Source: Macrostomum hystrix (Eukaryota; Animalia; Platyhelminthes). Taken from it: a stretch of 64,000 nucleotides of DNA. The notes beneath the pieces are model-generated. The model was not told the origin of the DNA, made no database searches, and was given only the letters and a program-made list of their open reading frames with translations. Position 1 is the first letter of the stretch. Each line of letters opens with the position of its first letter. The translations under genes were made by a program, and so were the position numbers. Below, one piece after another: positions 50,301 through 61,847 of this stretch. The DNA lies in the NCBI GenBank assembly GCA_950097015.1, contig CATNEN010000002.1:2418001-2482000 (forward strand). Direction: 5' to 3'.

Positions 50301-53300
50301 TAGACGTTTCTGGTGCCTGCGAGTTTTGGCAAGACTTCAATGTCCGCTTTCTTAGAGTCAAAAGTCGCCGATCTTGTTGACTCTGGCTGGCGCTGGCAGC
50401 TGAATGTGCCCCAGTGCTCCACGCCCAGCGGGTTCAGTACAAGATCGTCGCCATCGCGAGACACTCCAGGCGGTAGCAAGTCTGCCTCAGTCTCGTCCAT
50501 CGAGCTGTAGCGCTGCTTGTTCTGCGCGCCCAGAGGATTCCCCAGCGATACCGCTGACTTTGCGTTGGCCGGCGTGAACTTCCAGTCGATGGGAATGCTG
50601 ACCTTGTTTGGACTGCGGACGATCTTATTGCACTTGAGGCGCACCGCACTGCCCACAGGCTGCTCCACCTTGCTGGTTGGTGACGTCAGTTCCCAGTTAA
50701 AGGGCTGCCCTGTATACGGGAGACAAAAGAAATACTAAATCCAATGAAGGCATGTCTATATTGGCGATATAATCAAGACATGTGAAGTGGGTGCTCAGAT
50801 TTGAAACGGTGAAGTACGAGGACATAATCGCTAAAGAATCATAGTCACGAGGGTCGGGTTTAGGAGCGGAGCAGGGTGCCTTTTTAAGTTGAAAAGACCT
50901 CCGGGTACTGAAGTATTTCAAATACAGAATAAGATCTTTTTCTGCATCTCCAAAGATATGAACAACCAATCACCATGAAAGCACAGAACGCAGGCTAAAA
51001 TTTCTGCGCTTTCTAATGAAACAACTTGCACAATCACAAAACATCGGCATCGTCTAGATATTCAATGATTCTCGTCGGGGTGTATGTTGGCGAAAACCAC
51101 CAACACCTGTACAATTTTTCTGCGAGAAAAGGTTCACCATGTAGCAATGTCGGCTATTATTTTTGACTATACTGTATTGATTATATTGTTGATTTTTTTA
51201 TAACTGAACCAGTTTGGATTCACCATAGAGGCTTTTAAAGAGAAATGTTTGTTGTCCTTGTCGCCAGTGTCTTCGACACGAGATTCGTGCGAATTTATCT
51301 ATAGCTTGAATATTGAGTATATTCATGCATTCAAATTAAACTGTCTAATTAGCACACTTACGTGGCTTAAGAATGATGGGCATTCTTCGACTAACAGTGA
51401 CATTGTTGACCATGTCGCTGACGTGGCATGTCCAATAGCCGGTGTCATTGTCATTATTCATGTCGTGGACGACTGTGCCCGTAAAATTGGCGCCGTTGGC
51501 CTGCTGCTTGATGGCTTCGAAGCGCTCCGAAAGACGCCCAGTAGGGAACGGGAGCCGTGTCAACGTGGCCCTGAACTGGGCTGGTCGCGACGGCTGCATT
51601 GTGGAGTGGACGGTTGTGAGTTATTGTCAAGTTTCTCAAGTTTTAATGTCACTTAGAGAAGAGCGACGAACCTCCTTGGGCACAACTGAGCACTTTAGAG
51701 TGGTGGTGTCGGGGTCCTTGGGATCGCTTCGCAGCACCAACCTCTTCACCGAGCTGCTTTGCACCGTCAGGTTAGAAAATGCCACTGCGGACCCGGATCG
51801 TCTGTTGAAGCCTTCGCATCTGTACCGACCACTGTCTGACGGGCTGGCGTCCTTGATCACAAGGCGGGTCGACTTCTCATCGCGCACCTGGTAGATTCGG
51901 GACGTATCTGCCAAACGACGTCCATCAGAGTCCTGCCACTCCAGCAGCCAGGCGGTGCCGTTGTAGCCGGGTTTTTGTCGCCTGACCAGGCAAGTCAGCA
52001 CCACTGTACGACCGGACGGCACATTCAGGGTCTCTGGCTCCACGGTTGGAACCACGTCTGTGAATGCATCGGCCACGGAGTTGACAGTTATGGTACACAA
52101 CGTGCTGATCCCTGGATCTTACACACAGTAAAATATCCTTAGATATGAACTGCTTTGAATCTGGCTCACTTTATACAGCTTTTAAAACTTTGGATTTACA
52201 CTGGACTTGTAAATTTTGTGAACCAACTATTTTTTTCTTGTCTGAGAAGTAGCGTAGTCATGCAGAGAAGAAGTGCACTTGATATCGCTAATATAAATGC
52301 GCTAGTACACTTAGCATATTGAACTCGGCCATTCGATTTGAATGGCAATAATTAGGTCAAATGGAAACAAAGCTATTGGATAGCTTACACTCTTTACAAT
52401 CGGGTCGCTGTCCTCTTGGTCGGCCCACAATCTTGTCTGCATAGCCTTCCTCGCAGCTGAAATCATTGAACAAGGAGAGCAAGCAGTACATGTACCATGC
52501 ATGAATGAATGCTTGTTTCCCATGTAGAACTTTCGCTTTTCGAATGTGAAATCTTATCTAACCACAACTCGGCAAGCGCCAATTAGACTCTGCTGAGTAT
52601 TTTTACTTGATTTTCCTCAATTATTCTGTCTGAATTGAACTGTTTTTTGGTCTTACGTGTCACAACCCGGAGAGTTCCTGTAGCCTTCTAGGCAGGGAAC
52701 ACACTTCCACCTGTTCACAGTTGAGTTGTAATCCACAATCTTGTGGAAATCTCCGGTTGTCTTGCAGTCCTGACGATAAAATTGTTAAGTCTTGATGTAG
52801 AACATTTGCATTACAGTTTGCTAGCAAACCATTTGGTGATATCAGCTCTGAACTCTGCTTTCACTGTTTAGTTACATCGGTCTAGTTTGCAATCCACATG
52901 CTCTTCGCTCGTGACTACTTGTTGCTTAAATAAATTCATGTTACCCTACAATTTCAGCTGCGGAGGTACAGATTTCAAGAGCCAACTTGTTTCTTGTGTC
53001 GCAGGTTCACATGTCTTATTGAATGCTCAACAATATCTAGTTGCTATCGGCGGCTTTGGCCCAGAGGTCACAGCTGCTGTTAAAACCTAAAAAAATGCGC
53101 CCAGCATCTTAGGAGGCCCTGGGAAGTGGGCGGCATTGCTACAAGCGCTGGTAGTGATGCAGCAGCCCACGATCTCAATGAATGGAGTGGATGAAGGCAA
53201 TGATGCCGACTTGCAAAGATGCAGAAATGCAAACGTGACCCCTGGTACGGGTTATGTCTTTACTAAAAATACATGTAAAAACTGCTTCGATCCTAGATTT

Positions 53301-56233
53301 GCTTGCTGAACCCTTCAAAATTCAAGGTCTCTCTTGTCACGTGTCCCGTCCTATGCGAATCATTTGCTTTCTCAGCGAATCACCTTGTAATTCGCATCTT
53401 TATCAGTTGTAAAACTGCTCCAAAGTGATTTAGGTGCTGGACCGAAGCCTTGCATGTTCCGAGGTTCAATTGCAAATAGCTACTTCTCGGACAAAAATTG
53501 TGAATTTCCCCTGTCCCTCGGCTCCGAAGATTCGCGCAACGCTAACGTCAACTGTGACCTTGAAAGGGCACCAGTGGCGGCGCATGGGGGGGCGGGGGGG
53601 CGGGCTGCCCCCGGGTGACCACCCCTCACCACCCTCAGGGGGTGACCACCCACTTAAAAAAATTGGTACTTTACCATATTTTTTCAAAAGTGTGGTCACC
53701 CCATGGGGCATGGGGGTGGTCACCTGAGACCTCAGGGGGGTGACCACCCAACCACCGCCCCCCCCAGCTGGAGGTCCTGCGCCGCCACTGAAGGGCACCC
53801 GTCTGCTGGTTTTTGGCCTTACCTCACAGAAAGCGCCCTGGTAGGGATTAGGGCAAACAGTGCAGCGCTCTACGGGAGCTGGTTCAGCACCCGAGCTGGT
53901 GTTGGTACTTGACTGGTACGTGACGTTCAGAATGCGCAAGTTCATCTGGCCCTGGAATTGGTAGATCCGGAAGAAAATTCCACGCAGATCAGCGAGGGCG
54001 GTCATCACGTCCATTCTAGTGACGGCCGAACCGTCCATGGCACGCAGGTTCTGCTCGTCGAGTGTCACGGAGAAGCGAGTCTCTGGGGCGCGGTTGGTGG
54101 TTCTGTCCCAAAGCACCAAGGTCTGGCCTCTCCAGCCCTGTTAGTTGGATGAATAAAATTGCATTTGAATGAAAATAACAGATGCCATTGTAGTGCAAAG
54201 CACTCTGTCTTTTTCGACAGAGTATGACAGCAAATGACAGTCAATCTTAATCTCAAGCACTCGCTGCTACGAACGTCTTCTATTCTGCTCAGCAGCTTTT
54301 TCACTTTTCATAACGGCCCCCTGTCAATTTAGCATAGACGCTGTCGCCGTACCTTGATGCCGAAGATTGGGAACGCCGTATCGGCCGTCAGCGCTGTGTC
54401 CATGCGCACGTTGACTCGCACGGTGAAGCTCAATTTGCCGCCGTAGGCTGCCAGCTGAAAATGAAAGTTCACACGATTTCTTTTATTTTACATCACGAAC
54501 TTGGATTCAGAGTGTCCCAGACTGTTGTCTAGCCGTACCCGCTTGCCAGAAAAGCTCGTCAAGAACACGTAGGACTCGTCATCGTCTCGCAAAGCTGACG
54601 AGTCGTCTCCAGTTGGGGCCACGGCTATCTCCGCTCCGGACTGTACTGTGAGCTTTGCACGCGAAGTAGCGTCCTCGTACACTCCGTACAGGCCCCAGCC
54701 CATCAAACGCACCGCGGATGCTTCCACTGGTACTCGCTTCTGCAGTCGTGTGTCAAATGAAACCATGTACAGTTGATAAGCATGTTGAGACAAATTTATT
54801 AACCTATTCTAAACTGATGAGAGACTTTTCTGTACCTCTTCGAAGTAAAGGCCGGCATTTTCGCAAGCATTCGATCGGTCGGAGCAGAAGCAGGGCACAC
54901 ATCCATCCGGGTGGTCCCGCCTGAGACTGTGGAAGCCCGGCTTGCACTTGTCACAGTTTTCACCTTCAACGTTCGCCTGAATTCGAAAGATGAAACAATT
55001 TCCTATCAGTTTTTTTCGTTGCACTTTATGCTCATGTGGCTTTGTACTTTTAGTATTTTCTTTAGGATGAAACAAAATCTGCAGTCAGCTGCTCACCTTG
55101 CAATTGCAGACGTTGTTCTGGCAAATGCCGCCGATGTTGCAGGTCTTCTTGCAGTCGATGCCAGTGGTGACTAAATTCAGTTATCAAATTGTTGCTCAAA
55201 CTTTTCTCAGTGCTTGCCAAGAGCCAGCTAGTCTTTAATAATTATACTAAAAATGAAATGCCTGCTTGCTTGCTGCAATCGAGTAACTCCGGAAGGGATT
55301 TACCGACTTTTATAACTCCTTGACTAAAATATGGCCATACGCTTCTATAGAGCATTGGTTCTCTGATGCTGGGGCGCATTGGTTCTCTGCTGCTGGGGGA
55401 GATTAGGGTTTTTCTGCCTAGGTTGCCAGCCCTTAGGTGATTATGTTTGGGGCCAACAGGTGGGCGGCGTATCAGCTTATTAGGAGGACAGGTTCAATTT
55501 GCATTAGAGGATTGTACAAATCCTGATATTCTGCCTGTGCTCCCCTGAGGGATTTTACTAAACTATGAGTTATACTCAGACCAAGTAACCTATTGCTGAG
55601 CCACTTAACACATATCCTAGTAAGCTACTTTCTATTTTGTAGAAACAAAAACTGTCTCCATTTCACGGTGGGCTCTTGAAAGGGCCTATTGTTTAATGGG
55701 TGTAATCCACCAGCCCACCTTTTCTCTCGCTGCTCTCTCTAAACAAGTCCACACATTGGTTTCTTGTCTTTCCACATTCATCATTTCGTGTCCACCTACT
55801 TCCTTTTAAATAACTAGCCGCTCATTGACCATTAGCTTCTTGTATCAAAACACTAGAAGTTACTCATTAGACTATAAAATAATGATTGAAGGATTTCTAA
55901 TTATAGCTCGTAGACAGCACATCTAAGCTTTGATATTGGATTAAAAAGGTATGTGCAAGAAATCCCTTAAAACTGTATCTCATAAAAAAAACTCACGGGT
56001 TTTCTTAGGATCCGAGTATCTCCTTGTGCTAGACAGTGTCGGTCCGACGGTCACGTCTGAAAATTGAAGACAAAAAAACTTGCCAGTAAAGTAATCGGAA
56101 GCTACTGTGAATAACAACAGAACGTACTAATCTGAATGGGGTCGATGACTTCCAGATCCTGGGCGTTGGCGCTCATTGGCGACAGCAGAAGGCCAAGGAA
56201 TAGGCAGGCCAGGACAACTGCTGGCTGGCCCAT
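44395..56233 (-). CDS. Perlecan-like secreted protein: signal peptide, laminin-EGF, laminin B (IV) domain, multiple Ig domains (multi-exon)
   Basis: Exon 56233-56128 is MGQPAVVLACLFLGLLLSPMSANA (signal peptide); next exon 56056-55997. Exons 55170-55097 and 54976-54836 encode LamEGF (CKANVEGENCDKCKPGFH...GCVPCFC). LamB motifs AYGGKLSFTV, DVMTALADL and VERCTVCPNPYQGAFCE. Ig exons lie at ~51.4-52.1, 50.0-50.7, 49.6-49.7, 48.1-48.9, 47.4-47.6, 46.3-46.9, 45.5-45.7 and 44.4-44.6 kb (DSGRYRCE, DTGYWTC, DSSGMYYC, YGTYVCSAENSLG). Confidence 0.85.
44985..45233 (-). mobile_element. tRNA-derived SINE family 1 copy (intronic, diverged)
   Basis: GGAGCTTTGTGATTAGAGCG...GGAAGTTCGATTCTCGACTCC...AACAATTTGTGTTGTTTAGCAATAC...ATGGGTACC. 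Confidence 0.7.
49093..49310 (+). mobile_element. tRNA-derived SINE family 2 copy (intronic)
   Basis: AGTGGCAGAGCGG (A box) and GAGCTCGATTCC (B-box-like); body shared with 37229-37470. Confidence 0.65.
49780..49935 (-). mobile_element. tRNA-headed SINE with CORE-like motif (intronic)
   Basis: GTGGCTGTAGCTTAATGGTTAGAGC...GGAGTTCGAACTTC, then TGTGGCCTTGGGCAAGT. Confidence 0.6.
53572..53790. mobile_element. hAT-type MITE (219 bp)
   Basis: 13-bp TIRs CAGTGGCGGCGCA / TGCGCCGCCACTG; 8-bp TSD AAGGGCAC at 53564-53571 and 53791-53798; internal GGTGACCACCC repeats in both orientations. Confidence 0.9.
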
Positions 56234-56345
56234 GGCTTTGCGCTGCTGGTCGAAAATAATTTCTAATTAATGTCTAACAAATCCTCAAAGATTGAAGATG
56301 CAAATGTAGAACACCGGCGCCTAGATTTCTGCTGCAAGTGTCCAT

Positions 56346-56445
56346 ATTTATAGCAACGGGTCTTTTAGTGGACCCGTTCACACTGCTCAGGTGGAGAGCG
56401 AGGCGACAACCAATAGAGTGAGGGCTTCGCTGGTCGCTATTGGCT
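56346..56445 (-). promoter_or_regulatory. Core promoter of the perlecan-like gene (TATAAAT, CCAAT boxes)
   Basis: TATAAAT on the - strand at 56346-56352, about 110 nt upstream of the ATG; CCAAT boxes at ~56410 (+) and ~56440 (-). Confidence 0.45.
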
Positions 56446-57164
56446 GGAGCTAAGGCATGCGCATCAGGAATATCTGGAGTCGAGACCTTGAGTCGAGGTC
56501 AGCGCCCCGTACAGTTTTAGCCCATTTGTGAAAATGGATTAAAAACTAAGCATCTAAAGTACATTACTGAACTGAAGATGCACTGAAATCGAGGAAAATA
56601 TGTGAAACTCTTTATCATGCAAGAGCTGATCAGGTAAATCTTCGATGCAAGTACAATTAACCCCGCCACCTTGAGCCGATGCGACACGCGAGCCAAAGCA
56701 CGGCACGCGGGTATATAAAAACCCACACCGCTTAAGGGGTGGATGAGTAAGCAGCGAGAGAAAAGGGGTGGGTGGACAACACCCATTACACAACAGGCCC
56801 TTACAATAGCCCGCCGTGTCATGGAGACAATAAGGAACTTTATCGTAATACTGCGCGTTAAAACGTGTGCAAGAGTACGATATTACATATTCAAATACCC
56901 TCATCTTCTAACTAATTAATCCATCATAAGGCCATGAATAATTTATTTTGTTGACATAAATTGGAGCCTCAATTAAACAAACTTTATACCACTTTCTAAG
57001 GCTCTCAGTCGTATTGCGGGTCCTTTTTACTTGAAATCCGAACAGTTGCGGGATTTATTAGAAACAGTTTGGACCATAGACAATAAAACACTTAAAGCAA
57101 AACTGACAACAGACAGATCGGAATGAAATCGTCAGAGTGCAAAGCAGCGTAGGAAATTGTTCTT

Positions 57165-58256
57165 CTAATTATGAATGGTGACTGTGCAGTCTTTGAAATT
57201 GAAGTCCATGGTTTGGCCAGTCCGTTTTGTGATAGTAGCCATCTGCTTCCCGTCGATGATGGCACTGAAATGCTGGATTTGAATGTCGCAAGTCCTCTTG
57301 TAGTTACGCAACGCACTGAAACTCCGATGCCCAGTTCTTTCCATAATCAGCTGTTCGTCAACATTGGCTTGATACGCCGAGTGGAGCACGTCGCACGGAG
57401 CCAATGGTTAGTGAAACGTCCTTCAATGCCAGCGTCTTTGCACATCTCGGCCATGAACTTCGAAAACGTGTTTTTACCAACGGGGCGGTTGCAAAACCAA
57501 CAACCTACCTGGGTTCGCACAGGACTGCAAGTAGAAGCGTTTCGCTCCAACCGGACGCTTGTTCATATAGTCCTCAAATAGCCGAACATGGCACCTGCCA
57601 GGATCAGTGGATTCGAAGTGCACTACTTCCTTCGGCTTCACTCGACCTGCGAGGCCTCCATTGTTGGTCTTGGAATGTACTTCCTTGTACACCAGGCACT
57701 TGTTGCCGCTTCGAATCTCAACTGACAACTGATCAGTAGTAAGACCAGCGTGTTCTTCACCATCTCGAAGGGCAAAATGGAGCCCATTTAAATAAAAGAG
57801 AGTTCTCACCAACTTCTTCGGTGTGTCATCACTGAGCACGGTATCCTACAGCTTCTCCTCATCAGTCGTACTGATCACGTACCGAAAGAAGTCGACGCGT
57901 CGCACGTCCGAGACAGTCTGCTCCAATCCACCGATCAGAGATACGAGTGTACCGGCAGGATATTTTGAGCCGTCCGTACGAGTGACTTTGTGTATGCACC
58001 TTGACAGCAGAGAATTGATTTCGGAGTCGTTCATGTCTTGCAGAGGCACAGTGCATTCGATGCCAGACTCTTGAAGCCATCGATTGAACGCTTGAACGGC
58101 CCACTTGTTGCTTTTTAGAGTGTTTTGAGCCTTCGTGCTCCGATTAAGATTGCGAATTTCATCCAATGCTGCCTCAGAATTGCCTCGGACTTTTCGAAGT
58201 TGCTGGAGAGCATACGGGTCGCGGCAATCCAACCCTTCACGTTGTATTTCTTCCAA
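57165..58256 (-). mobile_element. Crypton DNA transposon tyrosine recombinase (DUF3504 type), degenerate
   Basis: NTLKSNKWAVQAFNRW, DGSKYPAGTL, FALRDGEEH (R), SKTNNGG (K), NHWLRAT (HxxR), TGHRS and LRNYKR (Y). One in-frame TAG after DEEKL and two frameshifts (~57510, ~57385). Confidence 0.85.
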
Positions 58257-58509
58257 ATCTACTGCCGAAAGGCGATCTGTCGTTACATATGCCTATGCCT
58301 TTAAATGTCATGGTTTAATAACAGAACTTAGCTTTATGTTCATAAACAATTAATAAATTGTGATGACCACGTCAGTTTTTTATTGAGCCTATTTCTTGTG
58401 TTGTTTTACTTATTTGTGTGGATAAAATGAAAACTTTGAGGAATTCTATTCTTGTCCAAAGGATGGAGAATTGGGGAAAACGTCATTATTGGGGATAGTT
58501 ACGATACTA

Positions 58510-58780
58510 GCAACTATGGGGAGCTTTCGGGTAGACTATGGGGAGCTTCTGGGGAGCTTATGGGTAGACTATGGGGAGCTTCTGGGGAGCTTATGGGTAG
58601 ACTATGGGGAGCTTCTGGGGAGCTTATGGGTAGACTATGGGGAGCTTCTGGGGAGCTTCTGGGGAGACTATGGGGAGCTTCTGGGGAGCTTATGGGTAGA
58701 CTATGGGGAGCTTCTGGGGAGCTTATGGGGAGACTATGGGGAGCTTCTGGGGAGCTTATGGGGAGACTATGGGGAGCTTG
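58510..58780. repeat. 33-bp tandem repeat (CTATGGGGAGCTTCTGGGGAGCTTATGGGTAGA) x ~8
   Basis: Directly visible. Confidence 0.95.
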
Positions 58781-60217
58781 TAGCCGCATAGATAAATCTG
58801 TGCTATTACGAAAGGTTTTCACTCTGTCAACCAATGCTACCCTTCTGATAAATCACACTAACCCTATATAACTCATGCTACTCCCACGATAATTCATTAA
58901 AATGTCTCGATAATTTAGCTATATTTCAATAGATCATGCAACCCTCTCAATAGTTTATGCAACACCCTCGAATACTTATGCTTCTGCCATTTACTTGATG
59001 TATCACGCCTGCTATCAATAGATATCTAGCTCTATTATTTTTTAGTTTCGTGTTTTCTTAAAAAAATAACTTTGGAAATATAAAAAAATATTCCTAACTG
59101 TCCTGCTTAAAAACACGCCTAATTCTAAAAAACAATTATGCCATGCATCAGCTATGAGTAAAATATTTCTCCTTGTCTTGAATTCAAAAATGATTGTAGC
59201 AATGCTCAAAAACGTTTCTTTCGTTTCGAAAATAAAAAACGCTAACAGCAAGTATGCTCGAACAGTTTTCATTTAGTGCTTGCAAGAATGCTTGAAAGAA
59301 AGTTAAAATATATAATGAAAGAAACGCTTATACCTTTGCTTAAGGCATTTTCTTATATTTATGAATCTAAAAACGCTGGCAGCGAAAATTCTTTCCTCAG
59401 TTTTGTATCGAAAAACACTTGTTGCTGCAGTCGAAAAATGCTTTATTCTATTCTTAGAGCGAGAAGAATTATTAAGCTAACAAACATTTGCCTCGACTAT
59501 CTCGCGCTAATCAAAAGCGCTTACTATTACCAGTTAACTGTACCTGAAAAGACAAATAAAGAAAAATAATAATAATAATACTGTTATCTACGTTTTTAAC
59601 TGATGATAATAAAATATTATCAACAGCTCCAATAGACTTCGAAGCTAGATGAAAAAACGGCACAATGATTGAAGTCGAGACAATTTGTGACGATATATGG
59701 ACTGCAGTTTTCAGGGATAGAAAGGAGGAGGAAGGGTCTGACTAGCATTGAGAAATATTAAAGCAAAATCTGTGTAACTTACAGAAGTTTATATTTTGTT
59801 AATAATAATGTTAATATTTTGATAAAGAATTCTACCTGTCTATAATTCAGCTACTCGTTCGATAGTCCATAATCAGTCCTCGATAATTTATGCTACCCTT
59901 CAATTAATCATGCCGCCCCTTAATAAGACATGCTACCCCCTCGATAAATTAAGCTACTCCTTGACAATTCATGCTTTCCCCTCAAAAAACCATGCTACCT
60001 CTGCAAGCCTTGCAAATGCCTTGCAAATACAATGTTCTGAAGTGTATTTGCAACTAAATCGAAAAAATATATAGGATGGCACTATTTTGAAGGATAGCAT
60101 GAAAATTGAAGTTTATACCGCAAGATGTCAAGATAAAAAATGTAATGGAAAGAAGGGGAAAGCATCAAATTATCGATGGGTTAGCTTGATATATCGAGGA
60201 ACAGCATGAATTATAGA

Positions 60218-60468
60218 CGTTCGCTTGCTGGAACTCTACACCGGTGATGATGTTTACTTTCAATTTTCGAATTACACGCAGGTACCTCTGTATTCCTGCC
60301 CTGATACAGACTAGAGAAGCAGGCGAATATGACTTTCCATCCTGCCGCTTCAATTTAAAGTAGAAGTACCTTAAGTACTGATTGAGGGTTTCGGCCGGCA
60401 CTTCTGAAACGTCTCGTAGTTTCTTACTCGCGAGGAGATTAAGGAAGCGTTCCCCGTGAATATACATC
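60218..60468 (-). repeat. Inverted partial duplicate of Crypton 2 (matches 61039-61287)
   Basis: Encodes MYIHGERFLNLL...QDGKSYSPASLVCIRAGIQRYLRVIRKLKVNIITGVEFQQAN on the - strand. Confidence 0.9.
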
Positions 60469-60781
60469 GCGAGTGTCAATTTGGCCATTAACTGAAATCT
60501 CAATTCCAGACGACATCATTGTCCAAATTGTCAGCTAGGGGTTAGAAATTAAAGTGGGTGGGGGACGGAAATGGGGGTGTGGGGGCTTCGCCCCCACATC
60601 TTAATATCTGCCACGTCTATGGGAAATCCCAAGGGTTAGAAAAAATCAGTTAGTTCAGTTCCAGACAACGGCAGAACACACGAAATCATAGAGAATAATA
60701 TGTCTATGGTCAAGACGACGGAGTTTTAAAGAGTCGCTGTTCATCGGGCGAGTAGAATCAATTTCATAGAGTCGCGATAGA

Positions 60782-61847
60782 ATGGAAGGCATTCATTTTC
60801 CAATCAATTGGTGCAATGTGCCTATCGACGAATTAGGCAATGTCGACTCGTTCGAACTGAACTTTATTTCCGAGACTTCAAATATCGACCGACGCGACGA
60901 CGAATTTGCAGCGTTCCTTGAATATATTCAAAGTGATCGTTCTAACGATGAACTGCCGTGCCTAGATGGCGAGCAACTTGATGCTAGCGAGATGGATCGA
61001 GTAGAAATTGAAAGCCTACCTGCCGAAACGAGGAAGCAGATGTATATTCACGGGGAACGCTTCCTTAATCTCCTCCCGAGTGAGAAACTACGAGACGTTT
61101 CAGAAGTGCCGGCCGAAACCCTCAATCAGTACTTAAGGTACTTCTACTTTAAATTGAAGCGGCAGGATGGAAAGTCATATTCGCCTGCTTCTCTAGTCTG
61201 CATCAGGGCAGGAATACAGAGGTACCTTCGAAATTCGAAAATTGAAAGTAAACATCATCACCGGTGTAGAGTTCCAGCAAGCGAACGATATGCTTCGAGT
61301 GCAGGTAAGAAAGTTTCACCAAGAAGGAGGCGACGTCCAGCAGTATGAGCCGATTGAAGAGTGCGACATGTCGAAGCTGGCAGATTACTTTCGAGACGGA
61401 AGCGCTGAAGCCGAGCAGGATAGGTTCTTGTTCTATATTCTGTACAGTCTCGGTGAGCGAGGACAAGAGCATCTGAAATATCTGAAGAAACGCGACATCC
61501 TCGAGCTGCGCACTGATGCAGATGGCAAAGAGTACTATTGTCTACCAAAGCTTCCATCGAAGAACAAACCTGCTGATCCTGTGAAGGCCAAGTCCACCAA
61601 GGACAACAAACAGGCCAGAATCTACGAGACCGCCAACGTGCGAAGATATCTGGATCTGCTGCCTTCACAAACAAAGGACGATCATCTTTTTCCTCGGCCG
61701 CTAGCTAGCCACAACGGCAGCGTGACGTATTCGGCGAAGCAAAATCGTGGTGACAACTACTTGCAGCGATTTATGCGAAACTTAAGCGAGAAAGTCGGCC
61801 TGTCGAAGGTTTATACCAATCATTGCATTCGACTGAAAGCAGTATAG
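60782..61847 (+). mobile_element. Second Crypton tyrosine recombinase (different family), frameshifted and 3'-truncated
   Basis: LRYFYFKLKRQDGKSYSPASLVCIRAGIQRYL, LGERGQEH (R), PSKN (K), FPRP and YTNHCIR (HxxR). Frameshift near 61228; ends before the TGH and catalytic Tyr motifs. Confidence 0.85.

Noticed and set aside
55667-55690. Histone mRNA stem-loop-like GGCCCTTTCAAGAGCCCACC on the - strand
   Set aside because: The stem has a mismatch, there is no histone ORF upstream, and the sequence is part of the 80-bp repeat shared with 56751-56829.
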